Shown here piece by piece: positions 28,595 to 37,416 of a stretch of 62,822 nt of DNA. Source of the stretch: Planctomycetota bacterium (GTDB lineage: Bacteria; Planctomycetota; Phycisphaerae; Tepidisphaerales; Tepidisphaeraceae). Both the position numbers and the translations under genes were made by a program. Location: NCBI GenBank assembly GCA_039182125.1, contig JBCDCH010000017.1, forward strand, positions 1 to 62,822. Reading direction: 5' to 3'. A model generated the notes under the pieces. The model ran no database searches, was not told the DNA's origin, and saw nothing but the letters and a program-made list of their open reading frames with translations. The first letter of the stretch is position 1. Every line of letters begins with the position of its first letter.

Positions 28595-28628
28595 CGTCCG
28601 AAGCTTACACGCCCGATCGCGTGGAAGT

Positions 28629-29657
28629 TCATGCAACCCGGCGGGATTTGCTTTCCTGTTTGGCGTCGCGCAACTGGTTGCGGGCAAGTTGGAGCAAATG
28701 GTTGGGTGAGTTGGCGAAGTCGGCGTGCCAGTCGGCGACGCCAAAACTCAGGCTCGGTGGCGTCGACAAACGCAGAGGCTTGGCGAGGAAGCCGGCGAGC
28801 GTCGTGAGTTGTGCGGCCAGGGCTTCGACGTCGCTGCGTTTCCGGTCGGCCACGAGCAGGGCGAACTCGTCGCCGCCGTAGCGGTAGGCTTGATCGCCGG
28901 GGCCGAGGTGGCCGTTGAGCAGTTTGCCGATTTCGCCGAGCAGCTCGTCGCCGGCCTCGAAGCCGAGTGCGTCGTTGAGCGGCTTGAGCCGGTCGATGCT
29001 GAGCATCACCAACGCGATCGGTCGGCCGGCAGTGTCGAGCGCCTCGACCGCGTCGGCGAAGGTCCGATCGAACGCCGGTCGGCTTTGCAGACCGGTGAGT
29101 TCGTCGCGATCGGTCGCGGCACGCAGGTCGCCCAGTTTGCGGGAGAGCGCCTCGGTCTTGTCCGCGACCTGGCGGTCGATCCGTTGGTCGACGTGGGCGG
29201 CGAGGGTTTTGTGATCGCGGAGGGCGGCTTGGAGCAGGGGCACGAGTGCCGACGTGCCGATCGGCCCGGCCACGGCGTCGAGTTCGGTCACCGCCGCCTC
29301 GCCCGCTCGGATGGTCGGCAGGAGGCGGCGCACCGCACGCGTCGGTCGGGCCCAGTACCGGTCGAAGAGGATGACGGCGGTGATGCCGAGGCAGGCGAAC
29401 GTGGTAACGGCCAAACCCAGGTCCTGTCGGAGGAGCGCGATCGACGCAAGAAGCACCACGCCCACGACCGCCACGGTGGCGATCGCGATCCGAGCCCATC
29501 CCGGCTTATGGGAAGTGTCGTCACGAACCTCGACCATGACCCGGGCATCGGTCGGCCTGGCCGGGCACTTCAGTACTTCGGGCGGGTTGTTGGTGCTGAA
29601 GCCGCGTTTATCGGGCGGAAAATCCGTTTTCCTGAATTTATTGCGATTGAGTCGCAT
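28629..29657 (-). CDS. Membrane-anchored diguanylate cyclase (GGDEF domain)
   Basis: Two TM helices (IAIATVAVVGVVLLASIALL, FACLGITAVILF). The GGDEF core reads LTGLQSRPAFDR…ALVMLSIDRLKPLNDALGFEAGDELL…RYGGDEFALLV. Confidence 0.85.
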   Translation of the reverse strand: MRLNRNKFRKTDFPPDKRGFSTNNPPEVLKCPARPTDARVMVEVRDDTSHKPGWARIAIATVAVVGVVLLASIALLRQDLGLAVTTFACLGITAVILFDRYWARPTRAVRRLLPTIRAGEAAVTELDAVAGPIGTSALVPLLQAALRDHKTLAAHVDQRIDRQVADKTEALSRKLGDLRAATDRDELTGLQSRPAFDRTFADAVEALDTAGRPIALVMLSIDRLKPLNDALGFEAGDELLGEIGKLLNGHLGPGDQAYRYGGDEFALLVADRKRSDVEALAAQLTTLAGFLAKPLRLSTPPSLSFGVADWHADFANSPNHLLQLARNQLRDAKQESKSRRVA

Positions 29658-29743
29658 TTAATTTGATCAAGGTGCGGACATGGGTATGCTCGGCCTGCGT
29701 TCGCAAGTGCGACGCAATCTCAACGATCCGTAAGGAGAAAACG

Positions 29744-30460
29744 ATGGCTTCAACGACGACCAAACGACTGTTCACGGCTGCCGGACTCGCATTCCTCGCC
29801 GCCGCCACGGCCTTCGGCGTGACGACCGCCCCGACCGACTGGACCCGCCCGGTTTCGGACGCCGACGCGCTGGCCGATCTGACGAGCTACCAGAAGTGGG
29901 GCGAGGATGAAGGATTCTCGACGGCGTTCTCCGCCTTCGTCGATCCGACCACCGTGGCCAACGTCCCCGAGGCGCTGACCAACCCGTTTGAATCGGCCTC
30001 CTCCTTCACGGATGTCAACCAGATCAACCCTGGCGCGTTCGTGACCAGCGGTGGCAACATCTACTCCCCGGGCACGGTCAACGACTTCGTCGTCGAAGTG
30101 GCCAGCCCGACGCTCGCCGGGGGAAGCACTTCGGTGTTCATACAGATCCGCACGCTGGGCAGTCCGCTGGATCTCGCCTCGTTCGAGATCAACGGGACGG
30201 ACGCCACGGCACTGCCCGGCTTTACCTACACCGAACTGGCGCGAGTCCCGCTCGGCGGTTTCGGCGGTGAGCAGGTCGATCACCTGGTCGAGTTCACGGC
30301 CCCCGGTGTGACCGGCGATTACACCCTCGGGTTTACCGCCGCGGCAACGAGCCTGAGCCTGGACATCCTCGTGGTCGATTCGCTGGTCGCCGTGCCCGAG
30401 CCGTCGATGGCGCTGGGTGTGGCCAGCCTCGGCGGCCTGCTTCTTCGTCGCCGTCGTTAA
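29744..30460 (+). CDS. Secreted PEP-CTERM-anchored protein
   Basis: AAGGAG lies 7 nt before the ATG at 29744. Signal peptide MASTTTKRLFTAAGLAFLAAATAFG; C-terminal VPEPSMALGVASLGGLLLRRRR. Confidence 0.75.
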   Translation: MASTTTKRLFTAAGLAFLAAATAFGVTTAPTDWTRPVSDADALADLTSYQKWGEDEGFSTAFSAFVDPTTVANVPEALTNPFESASSFTDVNQINPGAFVTSGGNIYSPGTVNDFVVEVASPTLAGGSTSVFIQIRTLGSPLDLASFEINGTDATALPGFTYTELARVPLGGFGGEQVDHLVEFTAPGVTGDYTLGFTAAATSLSLDILVVDSLVAVPEPSMALGVASLGGLLLRRRR

Positions 30461-30527
30461 GCCCCGTGTCGACGGTTCGGATCGCGCCCGTGTCGCCAAG
30501 CTTGACAGTCCACTCTCCGAAAGCCTC

Positions 30528-31415
30528 ATGCCATCTCGAAACCCCATCATACGTTTTGGCTTTACGTTGGTCGAACTGCTTGTCGTGATCGGCATCATCG
30601 CCTTGCTGGTCGCGATACTGCTGCCAACGCTTTCCGCGGCCCGCGAGACGGCGGGGCGGGTGAAGTCACTCGCCGGCGTGCGGGAAATGGTCACGGGCTA
30701 CACCGCCTACCACCAAGAGCACGGCGGCTCGCTGATGTGGGGCTACACGCCGCCGACGGTCAACGGGACCGCGGTGACGGTGGAGGACCCGGTGACGGGC
30801 CTGACCTTTGGTCTGCCGGTGGCCGACCGGTATCCGTGGCGGCTGGCCCCGTACGTCAGTGACGTGTGGGAGATCATCCACATTCACAAAACCACGCCGG
30901 ACCGGCCATTTGCGTCCGATCCTTTCGGGACCGCGTTTTCTAAGGCGTACATCCTCAGCCTCGACCCGGCGTTCGGACTCAACAGCGTTTACCTCGGCGG
31001 ACACCAAGGCTCGCTCTTTCGCGGCTTTACCGGCGCGGACAATCGGCCCAACGTCGGCAAGCACATTGCTTTCCAGGCCAGCGAGATTCGCCGCTCTTCC
31101 CAACAACTCGTGTTCGCCGAGACCATCCAATACAACGCGGGCGGCCTCGGCAGTACCAGCCGCGACGGCGAACGCCCCGGCCTTTTCTACGCGACGCCGC
31201 CCCGCGCCAACGGCCAACGCTGGACCGTCGATGACAACGGCGACTTCGAGATCACCAGTGGCGTGATCACCGGTCTTCCGGAGGGGCGAAACGGTGACCG
31301 CGCGGCGGTCAGTTTCTTCGACGGACATGCCGAGGCACTTCTTCCCGCCGAACTCGAGGACATGCGTCTCTGGGCACCCAAGGCCGATGGCTTCGAGTAC
31401 GACTTCGTTCCCTAA
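30528..31415 (+). CDS. Prepilin-type N-terminal cleavage/methylation domain protein with DUF1559
   Basis: The internal ATG at 30528 gives [40 protein letters not shown]. The rest resembles the 24826-25821 paralogue (…FDGHAEAL…). Confidence 0.85.
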   Translation: MPSRNPIIRFGFTLVELLVVIGIIALLVAILLPTLSAARETAGRVKSLAGVREMVTGYTAYHQEHGGSLMWGYTPPTVNGTAVTVEDPVTGLTFGLPVADRYPWRLAPYVSDVWEIIHIHKTTPDRPFASDPFGTAFSKAYILSLDPAFGLNSVYLGGHQGSLFRGFTGADNRPNVGKHIAFQASEIRRSSQQLVFAETIQYNAGGLGSTSRDGERPGLFYATPPRANGQRWTVDDNGDFEITSGVITGLPEGRNGDRAAVSFFDGHAEALLPAELEDMRLWAPKADGFEYDFVP

Positions 31416-31439
31416 ATCCCTTTTCCCAAACAGCACCTG

Positions 31440-32579
31440 ATGAAATCCAAGACCCTTCAATCGATTCTCTTTGCCGCGGTTTGCGGTGGTTCGGCCCTGG
31501 CGTTCCCGGCCGTTGCTCATGCCTGCCCCGGATGTGGCTGTGAGTCGGGCGCCACGCCCCACACGCACGAGCATCCCAGTGCCGACAAGGCTGAAGGCGC
31601 TGGCCTGATCAACGCGGCGGTCGCGGCCGACGAAGTCGAGCCAGTCTCGGCGATCGCGTTCGAACAGGATCGCGCCGCGATCCTGAAGCAGGCCGGCGTC
31701 TACGAAGTCGATTTCCGGTTCTTCGAGTCGGTCCCGCTGGTTGATGGCTATGAGCTGCGTGATCCGTACGAGTCAGGCGCGACCGAGTTCGTCGAGGTTG
31801 TCGTCGATGAGCCGGAGCTGATCGAGCTGCAGCACATCCTCGTGATGCGCTACAAGCAGGACGACGGCGAACTCTCCGATGCCGTCGTGATCAAGCACTG
31901 GCGGCAGACGTGGAAGTACGAGCCGACGCAGGTGTTGCAGTATGTGGGTGAGAACACCTGGCAGTTGCGCGAGGTCACCGAGCAGGATCGCGGGGGTGCC
32001 TGGTCGCAGACCGTTTGGCAGGTCGACGACAGCCCGCGCTACGGCGGCGTCGGACGCTGGGATCACAGTGGCGGCGTCAGCAGCTGGACCTCCGGCCCCG
32101 AGTGGCGACCCTTGCCCCGGCGTGAGCACACCAAGCGTGACGACTACGACGTCATGGGCTGCACCAATCGCCACACCCTCACGCCCGATGGATGGGTTCA
32201 TGAGCAGGACAACACCAAGATCGTCCTCGGCGATGACGGTGAGGTGGCCCAGGTGCTGGCGCGTGAGATCGGCGTGAACACGTACAAGCGCGTCGGTGAG
32301 GCCGGCTTCGACACCACGCCCGGGCGTGAGTACTGGGCCAAGACCGCCCCGTTCTGGGCCGACGTCCGCGAGGCCTGGGACGCGCGACTCGCGAAGGGGT
32401 CGATCCGTTTGCAAAAGAGCGTCGACGACAAGCGGATGTACCAGCGGTTCTTCGCCTACGCCAAGGGGGTCGAGAGCATCGTGGACGCCGGCGGCAGCTA
32501 CGAGCCGGGCTCGGCGGACACGTTCATCCGCGACACGATCGAGCTCTACTCCGAGCCGGCCGAACTCGTGGCACGCTAG
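31440..32579 (+). CDS. Secreted hypothetical protein with an N-terminal Cys/His cluster
   Basis: Signal peptide MKSKTLQSILFAAVCGGSALAFPAVAHA, immediately followed by CPGCGCESGATPHTHEHPS. The remaining ~330 aa have no recognisable motif. Confidence 0.6.
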   Translation: MKSKTLQSILFAAVCGGSALAFPAVAHACPGCGCESGATPHTHEHPSADKAEGAGLINAAVAADEVEPVSAIAFEQDRAAILKQAGVYEVDFRFFESVPLVDGYELRDPYESGATEFVEVVVDEPELIELQHILVMRYKQDDGELSDAVVIKHWRQTWKYEPTQVLQYVGENTWQLREVTEQDRGGAWSQTVWQVDDSPRYGGVGRWDHSGGVSSWTSGPEWRPLPRREHTKRDDYDVMGCTNRHTLTPDGWVHEQDNTKIVLGDDGEVAQVLAREIGVNTYKRVGEAGFDTTPGREYWAKTAPFWADVREAWDARLAKGSIRLQKSVDDKRMYQRFFAYAKGVESIVDAGGSYEPGSADTFIRDTIELYSEPAELVAR

Positions 32580-32679
32580 GTGCTTCTCCGCGTCTTCGTC
32601 GGGGGTTGGAGATGCAAAGAAAAAGCCGCACCGTCGCAGGACGGTGCGGCTTTTCGTTTGGTGCAACAGGCTCGACCGA

Positions 32680-33576
32680 TCAGCGCTGCAGGGCCAACGT
32701 GCGGTAGGTGTCACCGTTGACGTAGACCCAGGTGCCTCGGCCCAGCGGGTCCGCGTCTCGGCCGTCCCAGAGGTCGACCTCGCCATCGCCGTCGAACGTG
32801 GTCATGCGGAGCCGGTACAGGCCCGAAGCGAGGTTGTCGAAGCGGTATCCGCCGTTGTCGTCGACGCGGGTTTGGGTCTCGCCGGGGTCGTACTTGCCGT
32901 TGCCGTTGAGGTCGAGGTAGACGCGGTAGCCGGTGAGCAGGTCTTCGTTGGTGGTGCGTTTGCGGTCGCCGTTGAGGTCGGCGAAGGCGAAGCCGGAGAT
33001 GCTGCTGGCTCCGGTGCCCGGCGGGGTGAACGACGTGCCGGAGGTGCGTAGCGGGATCTCGCCGAGGTCGAAGCTCCCGCTCGGGCTGGCAGGGATGGTG
33101 TAGTTCTTCGAGCCGGGCGTGAGGTCCATGCCGAGTGCCGGCGTGAGGTCGAGGTTCATGCCCTCGAGCACGTTGACGCTGAACCGCCCCGACGGTGAGG
33201 AGCGGACGGTGTTGTTGCCCTTGAGGTAGTCGGGGAAGAGCTTGAAGCCCTGGAGAAACGGCTCGCCGCGGTCGCGCTTGTCGTTGCCGTTGACGTCGGC
33301 GAAGAGTCGGCCGCTGACGGTGACGGGATTGCCGGTGCCGCCGCCGATGCCGATCTCGCGGATGAGCGACTGGCCGGCCTTGAGGTTCACGCGGACGCCG
33401 CCGGTGGTGGTGGGGGTGTTGACGTCGAAGCGGTACTCGCCGGGCGGCAGGTACGAGATGCTCTGCTCGCCGTCGATACCGTTTTTGGCCAGGCGATCGT
33501 TGCCGTTGTAGCTGCCGTCCTCGTTGAAGTCGGCGAAGACGTTGGGCGTGGTGGAGCGGGTGTAGAGCGGTTCCAT
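32680..33576 (-). CDS. Protein with SdrD-B/Cna-B-like (carboxypeptidase-regulatory-like) repeats; N-terminus possibly incomplete
   Basis: Repeated segments FADVNGNDKRDRGEPFLQG, FADLNGDRKRTTNEDLLTGYRVYLDLNGNGKYDPGE and GGYRFDNLASGLYRL are typical of SD-repeat B-domain folds. No signal peptide is visible. Confidence 0.5.
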   Translation of the reverse strand: MEPLYTRSTTPNVFADFNEDGSYNGNDRLAKNGIDGEQSISYLPPGEYRFDVNTPTTTGGVRVNLKAGQSLIREIGIGGGTGNPVTVSGRLFADVNGNDKRDRGEPFLQGFKLFPDYLKGNNTVRSSPSGRFSVNVLEGMNLDLTPALGMDLTPGSKNYTIPASPSGSFDLGEIPLRTSGTSFTPPGTGASSISGFAFADLNGDRKRTTNEDLLTGYRVYLDLNGNGKYDPGETQTRVDDNGGYRFDNLASGLYRLRMTTFDGDGEVDLWDGRDADPLGRGTWVYVNGDTYRTLALQR

Positions 33577-33736
33577 TGCTGCTGTTCTCGGACGGAGAAT
33601 GCGGAGAGTTTTTGGCGCATGCGCCGCGTCCTATGGAACAAGCCGACGACTGCTGAACTTCGACATTACCGATATCGGGGTGTTGACTAGCCGATTGAGG
33701 TCAAGGATAAGGCTTGTTTACCCACCAACGGACGAA

Positions 33737-34468
33737 ATGAAAACCGTTGAAAAACTTGAGAATCGTCGTTTCCTCAACGCAGACCCGATCATCGTCGCTG
33801 CAGCGGATGCGGTAATCACCGAGGGCGAAGTGATCGAACTTGAGATCACCCGTACCGGGGACTTGAGCGAAGCGCTTACGCTCGAAATCGAGTTCGGAGG
33901 CACAGCCACGCCAGGTCAAGACACCATGATTCCCGACGGCACCGTGAGCTTCGAACCGGGCGAGAGTACCACTATCTATAGCCTTGCCTCTTTGGCCGAT
34001 GATGTCATCGAAGGTGACGGAGAAGGGGAAGAAATTATTGCCCGTGTCTCCGAGCGTGTGACCGCGGAAACGTTGGTACAGAAGGGCGAAGCGAAAGTTG
34101 AGATCGAGGATCTGGTCCACGATCCTGACGATGACGATCCGGGCATGGGGTCGCTCGTGAATCCAGGCCCAGGTGCAGGTGAGGTGGCCGACGATGAAGG
34201 GACCACGATCGGCGACGTCAATATCAACGTGAATGTCTTGACGCCGGCGACAATCGGCACGAGCGAGACGGGTAAGCCGGGTGAAACCTTCATTACGGGC
34301 GGTACAGTAAACGTTACCATCGGGCAAGATCCCGATGGTACGTGGGGTGTAACCGGTAATACGGGTGGATTCGACGTTCTCACGCAAATCTTCGACCGTG
34401 ACGCGATCCGCGAAGGCATAGCTGATGCCAAGGTATTGATCCGGCCGATGTCCCCGACGCCGATGTAG
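33737..34468 (+). CDS. Hypothetical protein with a Calx-beta-like segment (start uncertain)
   Basis: AAVDAVITEGEVIELEITRTGDLSEALTLEIEFGGTATPGQD…GTVSFEPGESTTIYSLASLADDVIEGDGE resembles Calx-beta. It lies in a locally lower-GC stretch. Confidence 0.4.
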   Translation: MKTVEKLENRRFLNADPIIVAAADAVITEGEVIELEITRTGDLSEALTLEIEFGGTATPGQDTMIPDGTVSFEPGESTTIYSLASLADDVIEGDGEGEEIIARVSERVTAETLVQKGEAKVEIEDLVHDPDDDDPGMGSLVNPGPGAGEVADDEGTTIGDVNINVNVLTPATIGTSETGKPGETFITGGTVNVTIGQDPDGTWGVTGNTGGFDVLTQIFDRDAIREGIADAKVLIRPMSPTPM

Positions 34469-34485
34469 AGGCGTATTACAATGCC

Positions 34486-34794
34486 GTGATTGCCAAAGAA
34501 CGCCAGTGGGATACCTTGCTCGCGAACGGTTGGAACGGCATGTACATCTTCTTCGAAATCGATCTTGAAGCGATTACCAGAGAGACGAAGGAGCAGGTGG
34601 AAGGTCTGGTTGAGCAGGCCATCCAGAAGTTATATGCGGATTTTGCTGACTACTATGTGAGGATTAAGCGGCAGGATTTACAGGAACTCATTGACGACGG
34701 GCAACTCCCACCCGATTTTCCGATGCCCGATGTTGAAGATATCTTGGACATCTGGGGCGTAAGGGATTGGTTTAGGTGGGACATTATTGAATGA
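34486..34794 (+). CDS. Small hypothetical protein (102 aa)
   Basis: ORF in a lower-GC region with plausible amino-acid composition (MIAKERQWDTLLANGWNGMYIFFEIDLEAI…). No motif found. Confidence 0.35.
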   Translation: MIAKERQWDTLLANGWNGMYIFFEIDLEAITRETKEQVEGLVEQAIQKLYADFADYYVRIKRQDLQELIDDGQLPPDFPMPDVEDILDIWGVRDWFRWDIIE

Positions 34795-34821
34795 TGTGCG
34801 TTTGATAACGCCCGAACCATC

Positions 34822-35259
34822 ATGACTGCGACTCCGATCAACTACCTACCAAAGCCGTCCTTCATCCGCCGGAGATGGTGTTTGGCCGTAGTTGTTGCGG
34901 TGGGCTTAGCAGTTGCCTTCCTCTTTCATAGTCTGATACGCCCAATGCTCAATATCCAAGCCGCCCAACAGCAATTCCTTTCGGCCGAAAGTTACATTGA
35001 GAAAAAGCAGGCTCTGGAAGGGTTGGTAAATCTCTGCAACGCCGGTGAGATTGATGCCGACGCACTGCATGACCTTTCGAATGCGCCGATTACACGTCGA
35101 GGCGACCAAGTGGCTCAGCAGATGCACGACGGCAACCCAAGACTCTATGTGCTGATCGCCCCATCCGGAGCATCGGTGTGGGACAACAACCCGCTCCCTA
35201 AGTCCGATCTACGCGTCGCAGGGCCGCAAGTTTGGCCGAAGATCAACGTGAAGAAGTAA
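34822..35259 (+). CDS. Hypothetical membrane-anchored protein (145 aa)
   Basis: N-terminal TM helix (WCLAVVVAVGLAVAFLF) and a non-repetitive soluble domain, in the lower-GC region. Confidence 0.4.
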   Translation: MTATPINYLPKPSFIRRRWCLAVVVAVGLAVAFLFHSLIRPMLNIQAAQQQFLSAESYIEKKQALEGLVNLCNAGEIDADALHDLSNAPITRRGDQVAQQMHDGNPRLYVLIAPSGASVWDNNPLPKSDLRVAGPQVWPKINVKK

Positions 35260-35442
35260 ATCGCCTCACCGAAGTTGCCTCCGATTGTCTTGTGTCGCTC
35301 GTTCCGGGTGTGAACGGGACACTCAAGTCGGCTGTGCTGTTTCGCGGTGGACGCTGGACGCCCACTGCCATAGGTAAGTCGCGCGAGCACAAGCTGCGGG
35401 ACGAACTGTCCGATGCTTCAGTAGCCTTTCGGAAGGAACCTC

Positions 35443-36939
35443 ATGGCACAAAGCAACTTCGATCTTATCGTCATCGGTAGCGGGCCCGCTGGGCAGAAGG
35501 CGGCGCTGCAGGCCTCCAAGCTCGGCAAGCGCGTCGCACTCATCGACAAACGTGCCATGATCGGCGGCGTCTGCATCCACACCGGCACCATCCCGTCCAA
35601 GGCCATCCGCGAAGCGGTGCTCCATCTCTCGGGCATTCGTGAGCGCGAGATGTACGGGGCCGACTACGCCGTCAAGCACGAGATCACGATGGCCGATCTG
35701 CTGCACCGCGCGCATCACGTCGTGCGGTGTGAGACGCAGGTCATCCACGACCAGATGCGTCGCAACAACATCGAGCTGCTCTTCGGCGAAGCCAGCTTCG
35801 TCGACCCGCACACCATCGCGATCCGCCAAGGCGACGACGAAACCATCGTCCGCGGCGACAACATCCTCGTCGCGGTCGGGACCAACCCCGCCCGGCCGTC
35901 GGGCGTGCCGTTCACGCCCGGCGTCGTGGTCGACTCCAACGAACTGCTCACCCTCACCAAGCTGCCAAGGGAGCTGATCGTCGTCGGCGGTGGGGTCATC
36001 GGCACCGAGTACGCCGCGATGCTCGCGGCGGCGGGAGTGCGGGTCACGCTCATCGAGGGGCGCGGTCGGTTGCTCGAGTTCGTCGACGCTGAGCTTGCCG
36101 AGGTACTGCAGTTCCGCCTGCGCGACATGGGTATCCGGCTCAAGCTCAACGAGAAGGTCGACAAGATCGAGGTGCTCGGCAAGAAGGGTCGCCGCAAGTC
36201 CGACGGGCCAAACGTGCCGCCGCACGTCAAGGCGACGCTCGCATCGGGCAAGGTGCTGCGGGCGGATTGCCTGCTTTACTGCATCGGCCGGCAGGGCGCG
36301 ACCGACGTGCTCGATCTCGCCAAGGCCGGGCTCCAAGTCGACAAGCGCGGACGCGTCACGGTCAACGAGTTCTACCAGACCGACGCCGGCCACATCTACG
36401 CCGCCGGCGACGTCATCGGCTTCCCCGCACTCGCCGCGACGAGCATGGAGCAGGGCCGACGTGCCGCGTGTCACATGTTCAAGCACCTGCCCGACTCCGG
36501 CGACTACGAGGGCCGCAGCGATCTCATGCCCTACGGAATTTACACCATCCCCGAGATCAGCATGGTCGGTAAGTCCGAGCAGCAACTCTCCGAGGAGCAG
36601 GTGCCCTACGAAGTCGGCATCGCCCGCTTCCGCGAGATCGCCCGGGCCCAGCTCATGTCCGACACCAACGGCATGCTCAAGCTCCTGTTCCACCCGGACA
36701 GTCGTCGATTGCTCGGCATCCACGCCATCGGCACCGGCGCGACCGAGATCGTGCATATCGGCCAGACCGTGATGGCCGCCGGCATGCCGATCGACTACTT
36801 CGTGGAGACGGTGTTCAACTACCCGACCCTTGCCGAGTGCTACAAGGTCGCGGCCCTGGACGGCCTCAACCGCGTCCGCCGCTGGGACGCCCCGACAATG
36901 TTTGAAGAGCTGACGCCAGCAGAGAAAAAAGCGGCTTGA
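35443..36939 (+). CDS. sthA: Soluble pyridine nucleotide transhydrogenase
   Basis: From recall, collinear with E. coli SthA along the whole 498-aa length: FDLIVIGSGPAGQKAA…GGVCIHTGTIPSKA (single Cys as in SthA, not the CxxxxC of Lpd) …VVGGGVIGTEYAAM…AAGDVIGFPALA…GIYTIPEISMVGKSEQQL…YFVETVFNYPTLAECYKVAALDGLNR. Confidence 0.9.
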   Translation: MAQSNFDLIVIGSGPAGQKAALQASKLGKRVALIDKRAMIGGVCIHTGTIPSKAIREAVLHLSGIREREMYGADYAVKHEITMADLLHRAHHVVRCETQVIHDQMRRNNIELLFGEASFVDPHTIAIRQGDDETIVRGDNILVAVGTNPARPSGVPFTPGVVVDSNELLTLTKLPRELIVVGGGVIGTEYAAMLAAAGVRVTLIEGRGRLLEFVDAELAEVLQFRLRDMGIRLKLNEKVDKIEVLGKKGRRKSDGPNVPPHVKATLASGKVLRADCLLYCIGRQGATDVLDLAKAGLQVDKRGRVTVNEFYQTDAGHIYAAGDVIGFPALAATSMEQGRRAACHMFKHLPDSGDYEGRSDLMPYGIYTIPEISMVGKSEQQLSEEQVPYEVGIARFREIARAQLMSDTNGMLKLLFHPDSRRLLGIHAIGTGATEIVHIGQTVMAAGMPIDYFVETVFNYPTLAECYKVAALDGLNRVRRWDAPTMFEELTPAEKKAA

Positions 36940-37416
36940 GTGACTGCCAAGTGGCGTTTAACATGGTGTCAAATGGCGACGGCCAAAACTAAGTCCGCTT
37001 CAGGCGCGTCCCACCTAGGCAGCTCGTTGGGGTTGCGCGCGACGACAACTGCTCGACTGATCGAGAAGGTCGAGCAGGGTATCGGGTTCGACAAGGTGCA
37101 CCGCCTGCGTAAGAAGCTTGATGTCTCGCAGGACGAAATGGCCCGTTTGCTTTCTATCCCGGTGCGAACGTTGGATCGCCGGCAAAAAGCCGGACGCCTC
37201 AACGAGCTCGAGTCGGACCGCTTGTTACGTCTGGCGCGCGTGTTCGAGGCAGCGACCGAGCTGTTCGGAGGCGACGAAAAGCTCGCCTCTGCTTGGCTCA
37301 AAGAGCCGGCTCGAGCGTTGGGTAATGTGCGACCCCTGGACATGGCCCGGTCGGACGTGGGTGCTCGGGAGGTCGAGCAGCTAATCGGCCGCATTGGCCA
37401 CGGGGTCTTCACGTGA
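36940..37416 (+). CDS. Type II antitoxin, Xre/ParS/MbcA family (HTH + DUF2384 toxin-binding domain)
   Basis: The HTH-like segment reads DKVHRLRKKLDVSQDEMARLLSIPVRTLDRRQKAG. The C-terminal DUF2384-type segment reads LLRLARVFEAATELFGGDEKLASAWLKEPARALGNVRPLDMARSDVGAREVEQLIGRIGHGVF. Its stop overlaps the toxin start (GTGA at 37413-37416). An alternative start is the ATG at 36973. Confidence 0.85.
   Translation: MTAKWRLTWCQMATAKTKSASGASHLGSSLGLRATTTARLIEKVEQGIGFDKVHRLRKKLDVSQDEMARLLSIPVRTLDRRQKAGRLNELESDRLLRLARVFEAATELFGGDEKLASAWLKEPARALGNVRPLDMARSDVGAREVEQLIGRIGHGVFT

Noticed and set aside
35323-36756. 477-aa minus-strand ORF
   Set aside because: It overlaps sthA, whose plus-strand product is collinear with E. 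coli SthA over its full length. The minus-strand translation is Gly/Asp/Val-rich low-complexity.
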